From Bacteroidales bacterium (lineage in GTDB: Bacteria > Bacteroidota > Bacteroidia > Bacteroidales > 4484-276), in assembly GCA_012523265.1 (NCBI GenBank), contig JAAYIU010000071.1, positions 1-40,190 on the forward strand: 40,190 nucleotides of DNA. Direction: 5' to 3'. Each line of letters opens with the position of its first letter. The first letter of the stretch is position 1. The position numbers and the translations under genes were made by a program. Below, piece after piece: positions 1 to 9,647 of the stretch. Below the pieces are notes generated by a model. The model did not search any database. It was given only the letters and a program-made list of their open reading frames with translations, and had not been told where the DNA came from.

Positions 1-223
1 TATCGATATCTTTGTAGGCAGCCTCCTGATCGGAAAAATGAAACCCGATGTCGCGCAGGTTGGCAGCGCCCAACAGTGCATCGCAAATAGCATGTATCAG
101 CACATCGCCATCCGAATGCCCCAACGACCCGCTGTGATGCGGGATGTGCACTCCGCCAATCATCAGTGGCCGCCCTTCGGCCAACCGATGTACATCATAT
201 CCTAAACCTACCCGAAAATCCAT
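1..223 (-). CDS. ispF: 2-C-methyl-D-erythritol 2,4-cyclodiphosphate synthase, 5' part (runs off window)
   Basis: Not in the ORF track. Manual translation from ATG at 223 gives [60 protein letters not shown], with the IspF GxGxDVH and GHSDxDV motifs; porV-ispF adjacency is typical of Bacteroidota. Confidence 0.95.
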   Translation of the reverse strand, partial: MDFRVGLGYDVHRLAEGRPLMIGGVHIPHHSGSLGHSDGDVLIHAICDALLGAANLRDIGFHFSDQEAAYKDID

Positions 224-295
224 AGACTACATTTTTAATTTACGAAAGTAGTTTTAAAATCACTTGAATGCACAAACACTAATAATCCAGGGCAT

Positions 296-328
296 AAAAA
301 AGCCGGGAGAAATGATTTTCTCCCGGCT
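296..328 (-). terminator. Intrinsic terminator after porV
   Basis: 12-bp perfect stem AGCCGGGAGAAA (301-312) / TTTCTCCCGGCT (317-328), followed by a T-run on the minus strand. Confidence 0.8.
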
Positions 329-371
329 GTATTTCTATAAATTTTAAACCCGCATAGGGGGCTTTTTACTT

Positions 372-1565
372 TTAAAACTCGGCAAAGTCGAAGCTCAGGG
401 TAAAACGCAATGTGTTTTCCAGTGGGTTTTGCTGTTCCAGCGGTATCAGATACGAGAAGTCCAACCCGAACACATTGTATTTAAGTCCGGCTCCCAGGGT
501 GAAATATTTACGATTTCCTTTGTTTTTATTTTCATAAAAGAAACCACCGCGAACAGCAAAAACCTTGTTGTACCAATACTCTGCGCCGACGGAGAAATAA
601 AATTCGCGCAGCTCTTCTTCGAAGCCGCCGGGTGCGTCGTACCACGACTGGATCATGCCTTCCACAGGCCCCACATTGGGATCTCGTCCGGCTTCGATGA
701 CCCGTTGCCCGTCGATAATAATATAACCTGACGAATCCCTGGCATAGACCGGAGGGGTGGGAACGAGCAGCTTGTTAACATCAAACATAAACGACAGGCG
801 GTTGTAGTCGTCCAGATCGAGGGTAAGGCGCGGGCCGATGCGCAAGTTGGTAGGAATAAAATCTTTTTCGGTGGTAGCGTCAGAATAGGAGATTTTTGAT
901 CCGATATTGGAGATATTAATACCCAGAGCGAATTCGGCATATTCAAAGTTGCGCCAGTCGAGTTCGCGCTGATGATACACCGCAACGTCGGCTGCCACTG
1001 ACTGGCCGGGCTTGGTAGCCTGTCCGCCCACGCTCACGCCCTGTGTAAGGTTGGAGTGGATGTAACGGGCGGCAACAGCTCCCGACCAGGTTTCGGAGAA
1101 CTTACGGCTATAGGTAGCATCTACCGAGAATTCGTTAGGCCGGTAGTTACCGATAGCATAACCTTCGATGTTGGTAAACTGAATATCACCCAAAGTAAAG
1201 TAAAGCAGCGAAGCGGCAACCGTTTGCTTGTCGTCGATGCGGTAAAAGCCTGACACATACGCCAGGTTGATGTCGCTGACCAATGCGCGCAGCCACGGGC
1301 TGTACGATGCCGAGAAACCGGCTTTAGGTTCGATGAAAGCATATTTGGCAGGATTCCAGTGCATGGAGGCGGCATCGGGTGTGGAGGCAGCGCCAACATC
1401 GCCCATGGCACCCGAACGGGCATCAGAGGCTATCAGCAGAAATGGCACTGCCGTAGTGATGGTGTTGGTTTGCCCGAGATAATTGGGTTTTTCACTATCC
1501 TGCGACCAGGCCAGGTGTGTCAGCATCATACATGCAGTTACAACTGCAAGGGTTTTTTTAATCAT
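372..1565 (-). CDS. porV: T9SS outer-membrane beta-barrel shuttle protein PorV
   Basis: Signal peptide, N-terminal ITTAVPFLLIASDARSGAMGDVG, WNPAKYAF, C-terminal NPLENTLRFTLSFDF; lies directly downstream of porU. Confidence 0.93.
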   Translation of the reverse strand: MIKKTLAVVTACMMLTHLAWSQDSEKPNYLGQTNTITTAVPFLLIASDARSGAMGDVGAASTPDAASMHWNPAKYAFIEPKAGFSASYSPWLRALVSDINLAYVSGFYRIDDKQTVAASLLYFTLGDIQFTNIEGYAIGNYRPNEFSVDATYSRKFSETWSGAVAARYIHSNLTQGVSVGGQATKPGQSVAADVAVYHQRELDWRNFEYAEFALGINISNIGSKISYSDATTEKDFIPTNLRIGPRLTLDLDDYNRLSFMFDVNKLLVPTPPVYARDSSGYIIIDGQRVIEAGRDPNVGPVEGMIQSWYDAPGGFEEELREFYFSVGAEYWYNKVFAVRGGFFYENKNKGNRKYFTLGAGLKYNVFGLDFSYLIPLEQQNPLENTLRFTLSFDFAEF

Positions 1566-1656
1566 AAAGATCGGATTTACTTTTGTTGAAATTATGAAGG
1601 TAAACGGACATTCATTTTTAATATTGTTTTAAGCCATTGGCCAGAAACCATCGGGA

Positions 1657-4600
1657 TTAATCTGTGATAATGAGTTTCTGCACCCGTTCGGTAAACTGAC
1701 CTTTGGCGTTGCCCACACGCATGCGATACAGGTACATGCCCGGCGCCAGCTTCTGGCCGCCATAGCTGGTGCCGTCCCAGAAAATGGGTTCCATAGCATA
1801 GCCGCTGGTGGAAATCGTGTGTGATTCGAGTGTTTGTACCAGCTTACCATAAAAATCGTAAACTTCTACAGTAGCCGTCAGGTCGCCTTCAAACTGATTG
1901 TGGCGGAAGGTGAACCACGTTTCGTTGCGAAACGGGTTGGGATAGTTAAAAACATCGAGCAGGCTGACGCTGATACTGTCTGAAACAAAAAACTCCAGGG
2001 TTTTCTCCGAAGAGTTGTTAAACATATCCCAGGCGCGCAGACGCAACGTGTGCACCCCGTTTGACAATGGGCCGAGCGGCAGGGCAATGCTTCCGCTGCT
2101 GTGGTCGTCAAGCTCGGGATCGAAAAGATGGTTGAGGATCATCGAGTGATAGCTGTTTCCATCGATGGTAAGCACAATGTCGTGGCCTATGCCGGCACCG
2201 GTAGCGTTTATGCCCGATGGGTCGGAAAGACGCGCCAGAAATAGTGGCTCAGGATTGATGGCCGTACCGGGTATAAAAGTGCTGTCGTTAAGAAACATTT
2301 TGATGTCGGGGCCTTCATTATCGACCTGTGTGCTTTGTGGTGTGCCGCCCACCACCAGTCCCGAAAAGTAACCACTGGCATCGCGGGTGCTATCGATGGC
2401 ATAATAGCTCAGCTTTCCGTAGCCAAAATTATAGTCGATGTCGCGCGGGAGCATGAAGGTGTAGCTGAACCTGCCGTTTTTAACGCTTGCTTTTCCCTGG
2501 CAAAGGATGTTGTTTTGTAATTCAAAAGTATAAGGATAGCTTTCGGAGGCAGCGCCGAGTGTGGTTACCTGTTCAGGTTTGTCGTAAAGCACCGGGTATA
2601 TGGTTCCGTGAAAATCGCTAAGCATAACTCCCGGCATATTGTGCTGCTGAATGTGTCCGCTAATGGTGATGGTGCTGTTGGCGCTCAGCGTATCTTTAAA
2701 ATGAATAGCCGGCTGTCCGTTGATGGAATCGGTGATGATGTCGTGTTGTGGCAAGGCAAGCCTGAGGGCAGGATCGCCGAGCAGTGCAAAATTTAAGAGG
2801 CTGGTGCTGGTGGGCAGTTTTGATTTCATAATCAAATCGCCAAAGCGAAGGCTATTGGTACCTTGTACTGTAAAAAGTGTGTCGTAAACGCGCTGGTTGA
2901 GAACCAGGTTCACGCTGGCAAAAGCAACGCGTGTAGTTGTTAGCAGTGCGATACCGCCGCCATGCGGATTGAGCAGCACCAGCTCGCCGGCGGAGGTGAG
3001 TGCAGGATTATCATAACGACTAAACTCACAGGTAGCTGTTATTACCAGTGGCAGCCGGTCGTAGTTTTTCCAGGAGAGGATGTCGCTGATCTCTACCACA
3101 CTTTCGTGCGTAAGGCCGGTTTCGCCGCCGTGGCCGGTATAATTTACGATCAAAGCGCCTTCCTGCATCTGATCGTTAAAGGCTCTGTTGGCCTGCGGGA
3201 AAGTATTTCCGTTGGCAGTGCTTTCGAGCGGATAGGCATCGATATAAATTTTGTTGATGTTCACATCGCGGTTTTTGCGCCTGATGTCGCGCACCAGAAT
3301 CGTATCGGCCTGAAACAGGTGCAGGTTGAAATTGCCGTCGTCGGCCATAAAGCACATTTGCTTGCGCCAGGCGCCCTGGTTTCGGCTGGAAAGACGCATA
3401 TAGCGTTCTACTTTATCCACCATATCGTTAGCCTGTTGGGGGGTAACCACCGGAAATCTTCCGATACCCAGATCGATACTTCCCACCGATTCCTGACCCT
3501 CGCCGGCATCCATCATACCAAAAAAGTCGTCGGTGACAAAAGAGCCGGCATACCAATGCGAATTTTTGGCTTCAAAAGTGGGAACCATATTATGATTTTC
3601 ACCAGCGCGGTTTTTGAGATCGTAAGAAGCATCGCCAAAGAGCAACAAATACTTGAGCTTGGGCGCTGCCGGCGAGCGGTAATAAATCATGCGCACAAAA
3701 TCACGGATGGCTGACGGATCGGCTATTCCCGAACCAAACTCATTATAAATCTGGTCGGTAGTCACCACATGCACAGCCATATCATCCACCTCCTGGTGAA
3801 GTACTTTGAGCCGCTGGGCCTGCGCCAAAAAAAGCGGATGCGTAATAATGATAAAATCAGCGGCGCCAAGCTGATGCAGATTTTGATTTTCGACAGAACC
3901 CATCAATAGTGGTGAACGGTAATCGTTGGCGGTAAAGCCTACAAATTCGTTAATGGTATCGGATTTAATGATGAATTTGCATGCATCATTTTCAAAGGTG
4001 GTGTTCATCTGATAGGGTAGCAATGGGTTGTTGATATTCCAAACCTTAAGATTCGTTTCAGCATTGGCAATTACATATTGGCTAACACGATTGGGAAGTA
4101 CCTGCTGGCGATTTCTGAATGAGAAAAATTTACCATCATAAACCAAATGACTTACCACATTTACGGTAACGTAATTGAGCCATCCTGTCGAAAAATTGTC
4201 AGGTCTTAGATAGGTGATGTTAATGGTTACATCGGGGGTATCGTTAATTTTCAACCAGCGCGCTTTATTAGAAACGTTGGCATATTTGGTGACCGAATTC
4301 AACATAACATAACTCACCCTGTCGTAATACATTGAATCGCCGTTTGCACTGATTACAAACTGACTTGTCGATGCCGAGCGGGCGGCGAAGTCGGTGCTGA
4401 TGTGTGTGTTGGCGCTTACGTCGCGGTGCGGGAAAGGGAAGAAGAAGTCGTAGCTCAGCTGTTCGCTAAAGGTTTCGCCGTACCATTCGCGACCCGAACG
4501 AATAAGGTTGATGGAGTCGATTTCGTGCGTGGCATAATCGTCGTAGGTGGTTACAATATTTTCGGCTGTAAGCGTCTGTTGTGGCTGCATCTGGAGGCGC

Positions 4601-5496
4601 TTTCCGTCGATGGCTGAGGTATTAATAAAATAAAAGGCGGTATCCGAGTACTTATTCAGCGAAAATTCGTAAGCCTGCTTTATGTTGCTGTACTTCCATT
4701 GGTGTGGCGACTGGCCATAAAAGACGAAGTAGTCGCCGGCATCGAAAGAGCCATCGCCACCGTCGAACATTTCGATGGCATTTTCCTGCAGGTCGTCGTA
4801 GCGGAAGTCGTCGTTGGCCTGTGGCAACATGCCACCACCATTGCCATACACAGCAATAGCCGAAGAGGGGATGCTGCCCTGTGCCCCCAACTGCTGCAAA
4901 TGCTCCCAGGTAAGCTTGTAAATACCATCGGTGAGCAGGCCGATCTTAAACCACGTTCCGGCAGCCAGCACCGAGTTGTCGGCATAGTTAGGAATGGAAT
5001 CCCGCTTTACGCGGATATTCGCTTCGAAAGGCGATACTTCCCAGGAAAGCTCGAAGGAGATTATCTTTTCGAAATTGCCGGAGACGGCATTAAAGCGCAG
5101 CGGCATCAACCGGAAGATGGTGTGCCGCTCGCCCCGCGTCACGGCAATCTGCTCCGAATATTGTGGCGCGTCAGTGATCAGTTGTGCGTCTTCAATCAAA
5201 CGCATGTCGGCAGCTACGGTAGCCCATTTTACATTTTTTAATTCAAAACTAAGGCGCTCCGTATTTTCGTTCATCGGAATGCGCCGCGTAAAAACGGGCA
5301 GCAAGCCATAGGCATCCACGAAAGTGGCATCATCGAAATTCAGCACCAGCTCTGTCGATTCTTTTGCAGAAGCATCCCACGGCGCCGGAGCATTCCATTG
5401 CAGGATGTGATGCTCAGCAGAAACAGCCTGGCCAAAGAGATCAAAAGCTGCCGTGATGAGTAGCAGCAGCAGCAAGGGTTTATAAATATTCTTCAT
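1657..5496 (-). CDS. porU: T9SS sortase PorU paralog B (peptidase C25 family), divergent copy
   Basis: 1279 aa; signal peptide; YADNSVLAAGTWFKI, YLLLFGDASYD, catalytic NYTGHGGE and TATCEF motifs; C-terminal YPNPF...KLII CTD-like end. Confidence 0.85.
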   Translation of the reverse strand: MKNIYKPLLLLLLITAAFDLFGQAVSAEHHILQWNAPAPWDASAKESTELVLNFDDATFVDAYGLLPVFTRRIPMNENTERLSFELKNVKWATVAADMRLIEDAQLITDAPQYSEQIAVTRGERHTIFRLMPLRFNAVSGNFEKIISFELSWEVSPFEANIRVKRDSIPNYADNSVLAAGTWFKIGLLTDGIYKLTWEHLQQLGAQGSIPSSAIAVYGNGGGMLPQANDDFRYDDLQENAIEMFDGGDGSFDAGDYFVFYGQSPHQWKYSNIKQAYEFSLNKYSDTAFYFINTSAIDGKRLQMQPQQTLTAENIVTTYDDYATHEIDSINLIRSGREWYGETFSEQLSYDFFFPFPHRDVSANTHISTDFAARSASTSQFVISANGDSMYYDRVSYVMLNSVTKYANVSNKARWLKINDTPDVTINITYLRPDNFSTGWLNYVTVNVVSHLVYDGKFFSFRNRQQVLPNRVSQYVIANAETNLKVWNINNPLLPYQMNTTFENDACKFIIKSDTINEFVGFTANDYRSPLLMGSVENQNLHQLGAADFIIITHPLFLAQAQRLKVLHQEVDDMAVHVVTTDQIYNEFGSGIADPSAIRDFVRMIYYRSPAAPKLKYLLLFGDASYDLKNRAGENHNMVPTFEAKNSHWYAGSFVTDDFFGMMDAGEGQESVGSIDLGIGRFPVVTPQQANDMVDKVERYMRLSSRNQGAWRKQMCFMADDGNFNLHLFQADTILVRDIRRKNRDVNINKIYIDAYPLESTANGNTFPQANRAFNDQMQEGALIVNYTGHGGETGLTHESVVEISDILSWKNYDRLPLVITATCEFSRYDNPALTSAGELVLLNPHGGGIALLTTTRVAFASVNLVLNQRVYDTLFTVQGTNSLRFGDLIMKSKLPTSTSLLNFALLGDPALRLALPQHDIITDSINGQPAIHFKDTLSANSTITISGHIQQHNMPGVMLSDFHGTIYPVLYDKPEQVTTLGAASESYPYTFELQNNILCQGKASVKNGRFSYTFMLPRDIDYNFGYGKLSYYAIDSTRDASGYFSGLVVGGTPQSTQVDNEGPDIKMFLNDSTFIPGTAINPEPLFLARLSDPSGINATGAGIGHDIVLTIDGNSYHSMILNHLFDPELDDHSSGSIALPLGPLSNGVHTLRLRAWDMFNNSSEKTLEFFVSDSISVSLLDVFNYPNPFRNETWFTFRHNQFEGDLTATVEVYDFYGKLVQTLESHTISTSGYAMEPIFWDGTSYGGQKLAPGMYLYRMRVGNAKGQFTERVQKLIITD

Positions 5497-5552
5497 AATA
5501 TCTTTACGGAATTATCAGCAGTTTTATTTATCAAAAATAATTTCTTAAAAAA

Positions 5553-8500
5553 TTAGCGTGCAATTACAAGCTTACTTACCGCAGAGGTAGTGCGTCCGAT
5601 TTCATCTCTAATCTGAACCCTGTACACATACACGCCGCCGCCCAGACTTCGGCCACTGTCGGTGGTGCCATCCCAACGAATAGGCTCAGCATAGAAACCG
5701 CTGCTCAGGTTGTTTTGTTGCAAGGTGGTCAACAACCGGCCGCTAAGATCGTAAATTTCTATTTTCACTTCTGTAAGCTCGTTGGCCTTATTGTGATTGT
5801 ATTTGAACCAGGTTTCGGTGGCAAAAGGATTTGGATAGCTGTAGATTTTATCAATAATGATCTGATCGCCACCTACTACAACAAATTTGAGCGATGCTTC
5901 GGAAGAGTTATTAAAAACATCCCACACCCTAAAAGTAACCATATGCTCTCCCGGCTCCAGGTTGCGAAAGGGAAAGCGCACGTAGCCGCTGGTATACCCT
6001 TTGGCATCCGACTCGTAATAGTCGTTTAGGTTATAGGGTCTTTCGGTATTTCCATCCAGCACGGCAGTAATATCGTGGCCAATGCTGTTGCCCACAGTGT
6101 TGATGCCGCTGTGGTCGAAGACATGCGCCAGCAGCACAGGGTTTTCGTTGGTAAAGTCGCCCCAGCGGAAGGTGGTGTCGTTCATATAAAGTTCTACCTC
6201 CGGCCCCTCTTTATCGGCAAGGGTGTTTTCGTCGAACCCGCCGACGATCAGATTAAAGTCATAACCATTGGCCGTTTTCACGCCGTCTTCGGCAAAATAA
6301 CTGATTTTACCCTGCCCATAATTGTAGGCTATGTCGATGGGAACCATAAATCTGAAAGAGAAAACGCCGTCCGTCACCTCGGTTTGTCCTTTATAAATTA
6401 CATTTTTGCGCAGCTTGAAAGTGCGCACCTGGCTCGACGAATCCTGACCCAGTGTACTTTCCACCGATTCTTTGTCATAAACAATGGCTTTTAATATCCC
6501 GTTAAAATCAGATTGAACGGCACCCGTGTTATCGGTAACCACGCCTTCGATTTTTACATTCGACAATGCATTGATTGTATCGGCCACTTGTCCGGTTTCT
6601 GCAAAAGTGATAGCGGTGGTGTGCACCTCGTAATCAGGATAGGCAATTTTCAGCGCGGGATCGCCAATCAGCAGAAACTTCAAGCCGTTGCCCAGTGTAT
6701 TGCTCTCGCGTTTGGCCAAACGGATAAGATCGCCCATAGCGTAATAGGCGCTGTTATTTTTAGAGAACATTTTTTGGTAAATCTTTTCGTTGAGCGTGTA
6801 GTTGGAACCGGCATAAGTGGCACGCGCCGTAGTAAACAGGGCTATTCCGCCGCCTTTGGGATTCAGGAAAACATACTCGCCTGCCGAGGTGCGCCCGGGG
6901 TCGTCATAGCGGGCAAACTCACAGGTAGCGGTGATAAACACAGCCATCTTATCGTAGTTTTTCCAGCTATTAATATCTCCGTTTTGCAGAACGCGCTCAT
7001 GTGCCCAGCCCACTTCGCCCCCGTGGCCGGTGTAATTCATAACGAGTGTACCTTTTTCGATGCGGTTGTTGATGGCCTCATTTACATCGGGATAACGCTG
7101 CCCGCCGGCAGTAGTCTGCTGCGGGTAGGCATCGAGATAAATCTTGTCGGTGTTGTATTGCGGATAGTAGTTCTCGATAAGTTTTGCCAGGTCGTCGGCC
7201 TGATTGGTGTGCAGATTGCCTTCTTCGTCGTCGCCGACAAATGTTAACACATTGCGCCAGTCGTCCATGCACTTGCGGCTGGTGGCATAATGCATTACCT
7301 TGTCCACACTTCGCTTGGCTTCTTCAGGCGTGGCTACCACAAAGCGTCCGATGCCGATATCTACCAAATCTCTTTCGCTCACACTTTCGTTGGGATCGAG
7401 AAACCCGAAATAGTCGTCGGTAGCAAAGGAGGCGATATACGAAATGGAGTTGACCGATTCGTAGGTCGGGACAAAGTTGGTGTTGTTTTGCAGGCGGTCT
7501 TTGTAGTCGTAGGAAGCATCACCAAAAAGCAGCAGATAGCTTGGCATCACCTCGCCATTGCCGGCGCGGGTATAAAACATGCGCATCATCTCTTTGATGG
7601 CTGTAATATCCTGCGCTCCCGACGAAAATTCGTTGTACACTGCCTGTGGCGTAGTGACCATTACCGTCAGGTTAGAAAAATCGCGGTGGAAATCGGCCAG
7701 GCGGTCGGCCTGCTCCAGAAAGTCGGGATGTGAAACGATGACGTAGTCGATGTTGCGCTGCGCGTGCAGGTTTTGGTTGGTAATAGTTCCGGCGGCTTCA
7801 GCCGTTAGAAACTGGCTGCCGTCGAAAGCCATAAATTCGCGGATCACGGGAGTTTCGAGCTTGAAGCGCAGCGTGTTATTTTGCGCTGTGGTTTGCACCT
7901 GATGCGCGTCGGTGGGTGATGTTACCTCCCACACAGTAATGCCGGAGCCTGCATTCCCGAGTACAAATTGAGTAATGTCTCCTTCCCCAAATGTGTCTGT
8001 ATTTCTAAAATCCATTTGCGCCCCGCTGAAAACCAGATTGCGCACCACGTTCAGTTCGATGTAGTCGAGCCAGCCAATGGAGCTGCTCACGGATTTGTTG
8101 TATTTGAGGCCGACGTTAACATCGCTGTCCGAAATCTCCAGCCGTCTTGTAATGGTATTGTCTTTGGCATAATCGCCTTGTGACGTTTCGGGAGCACCCT
8201 GTATGGGTATGGTTGCAACATTGTCGCCATTCATCGAAACTGTAAATGATGAAGAGACTACTGATTTCGCCACAGCTCTTATCATCAAGGTGTGTTGCGC
8301 TGAGGTAACAATATTGGGAAACGAAAAAGCAAAGTTGTGGGTTGTCTGCACGTCAAAGACCTCGCCCAGCCACTGGCGACCGGTTTTATAAATGCTCAGA
8401 TTGTCCCGCTCATGAAACTTGTGATCGGCAAAAGTAGTGGCCTCGTGTGTAGCGGCCTGGGTAGCCTGCGGCAGCATAGCGATGCGTTTTCCTTCGCCGG

Positions 8501-9365
8501 CTTTTATGGTAATAAAATAATAGGTGTGATCGGAATAAATGTTTTGCTGATGATCAAATTTCAACGCGCTGGGATTGTACTTCCAGGCGTGCGGCGACTG
8601 GCCATAAAACAGGAAATAGTCGCCCGGATCGAAACGGCCGTCGCCGCCATCCATCATTTGAATAGCGTTTTCTATCAGGTCGTCGGGGCGATATTCGCTG
8701 TTGGCTTCGGGCAGCATGCCGCCGCCATTGCCGTAAAGGCGCACTGTGGCCGAACTCACGCCGGAAAGATTCATCCCCATTTGCGCAAGCTGCTCATAGG
8801 TAACTTTGTAAATGCCGGTTTCCTGCACACTTATCCTGAACCACTCGCCACTGGCCAACACCGAGTTGGCGGCGTACTCCTTGGCGGCTGTTGTATTTTT
8901 TAATCCCTCCTTGGGCGTCAGCTCCAAATCGAACGCCACCAGTTTTTCGTATTTCCCGCTAAGCATGTTCAGCCTGAAGGGGAGCAGATGCACCATGGCA
9001 ACCGATACACCACGTGCACCGGCAATGTGGCTTTGCGGCTCGATGGCCGGCGTTATCATCAAAAGATTATCTATCAGCATCAGCTCGTCAGAAGTCAAAG
9101 GCAGGTATTCGGCATTGAGCAGTTTGGCTTCCACCGAGGTTGCTGCATTCTCCAGGGGCATCGCGATTGAAAACAGTGGCAGATTTGCGGATTGGCTTCC
9201 ATAGTCAGCACCGGTAAAAAATAAACGCGAAACTACAGGCGCCTCGGGGGTGGCCTGTTGATGTATGGTATGCCACTGGAGCTGGTAATGTTGCACCAGC
9301 TCGCCGGCCGATGCCACGGCTGAAACCAACACCAGAAAAACTGTAAAAAAGTGACGATTGATCAT
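5553..9365 (-). CDS. porU: T9SS sortase PorU paralog A (peptidase C25 family)
   Basis: 1270 aa; signal peptide; NSVLASGEWFRI, YLLLFGDASYDYKDR, NYTGHGGEVGWAHER, ITATCEF; YPNPF...KLVIAR end. Confidence 0.92.
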   Translation of the reverse strand: MINRHFFTVFLVLVSAVASAGELVQHYQLQWHTIHQQATPEAPVVSRLFFTGADYGSQSANLPLFSIAMPLENAATSVEAKLLNAEYLPLTSDELMLIDNLLMITPAIEPQSHIAGARGVSVAMVHLLPFRLNMLSGKYEKLVAFDLELTPKEGLKNTTAAKEYAANSVLASGEWFRISVQETGIYKVTYEQLAQMGMNLSGVSSATVRLYGNGGGMLPEANSEYRPDDLIENAIQMMDGGDGRFDPGDYFLFYGQSPHAWKYNPSALKFDHQQNIYSDHTYYFITIKAGEGKRIAMLPQATQAATHEATTFADHKFHERDNLSIYKTGRQWLGEVFDVQTTHNFAFSFPNIVTSAQHTLMIRAVAKSVVSSSFTVSMNGDNVATIPIQGAPETSQGDYAKDNTITRRLEISDSDVNVGLKYNKSVSSSIGWLDYIELNVVRNLVFSGAQMDFRNTDTFGEGDITQFVLGNAGSGITVWEVTSPTDAHQVQTTAQNNTLRFKLETPVIREFMAFDGSQFLTAEAAGTITNQNLHAQRNIDYVIVSHPDFLEQADRLADFHRDFSNLTVMVTTPQAVYNEFSSGAQDITAIKEMMRMFYTRAGNGEVMPSYLLLFGDASYDYKDRLQNNTNFVPTYESVNSISYIASFATDDYFGFLDPNESVSERDLVDIGIGRFVVATPEEAKRSVDKVMHYATSRKCMDDWRNVLTFVGDDEEGNLHTNQADDLAKLIENYYPQYNTDKIYLDAYPQQTTAGGQRYPDVNEAINNRIEKGTLVMNYTGHGGEVGWAHERVLQNGDINSWKNYDKMAVFITATCEFARYDDPGRTSAGEYVFLNPKGGGIALFTTARATYAGSNYTLNEKIYQKMFSKNNSAYYAMGDLIRLAKRESNTLGNGLKFLLIGDPALKIAYPDYEVHTTAITFAETGQVADTINALSNVKIEGVVTDNTGAVQSDFNGILKAIVYDKESVESTLGQDSSSQVRTFKLRKNVIYKGQTEVTDGVFSFRFMVPIDIAYNYGQGKISYFAEDGVKTANGYDFNLIVGGFDENTLADKEGPEVELYMNDTTFRWGDFTNENPVLLAHVFDHSGINTVGNSIGHDITAVLDGNTERPYNLNDYYESDAKGYTSGYVRFPFRNLEPGEHMVTFRVWDVFNNSSEASLKFVVVGGDQIIIDKIYSYPNPFATETWFKYNHNKANELTEVKIEIYDLSGRLLTTLQQNNLSSGFYAEPIRWDGTTDSGRSLGGGVYVYRVQIRDEIGRTTSAVSKLVIAR

Positions 9366-9540
9366 AAGATTATTATTTTATTAATAAAAGAGCCAACAAC
9401 ATGAGACAGACTATTGTTTATGGGAGCTTTACTGCCAATGCTGCTGACTATTGCCCGGTAACTACCTGTAATTAACACTTTGAAAAACGAAACTTTCGGG
9501 GCAATATTGCCGTTTTTTCCGTTTGCGTTCTTGCTGCGCT

Positions 9541-9548
9541 TATATTTG
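9541..9548 (+). promoter_or_regulatory. Bacteroidota primary-sigma -7 box upstream of porP-gldJ
   Basis: TATATTTG matches TAnnTTTG, about 100 bp upstream of the porP start. Confidence 0.6.
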
Positions 9549-9647
9549 CACGCTGAACGCATCAGAAGGATTGTTGTTAAAATATCCCGAAAAATAAAGA
9601 GTTAATAATCAAGTGAAAGGTTGCGTAACATCTCCGGAATGGTCATC

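Noticed and set aside
429-9204. Many + strand ORFs antisense to porV and porU (e.g. 2962-3714, 6513-7247)
   Set aside because: Shadow ORFs fully overlapping well-supported genes, with no recognisable motifs.
1657-9365. porU duplication as an assembly artefact or pseudogene
   Set aside because: The copies differ extensively in protein sequence, and both ORFs are uninterrupted with intact catalytic motifs.
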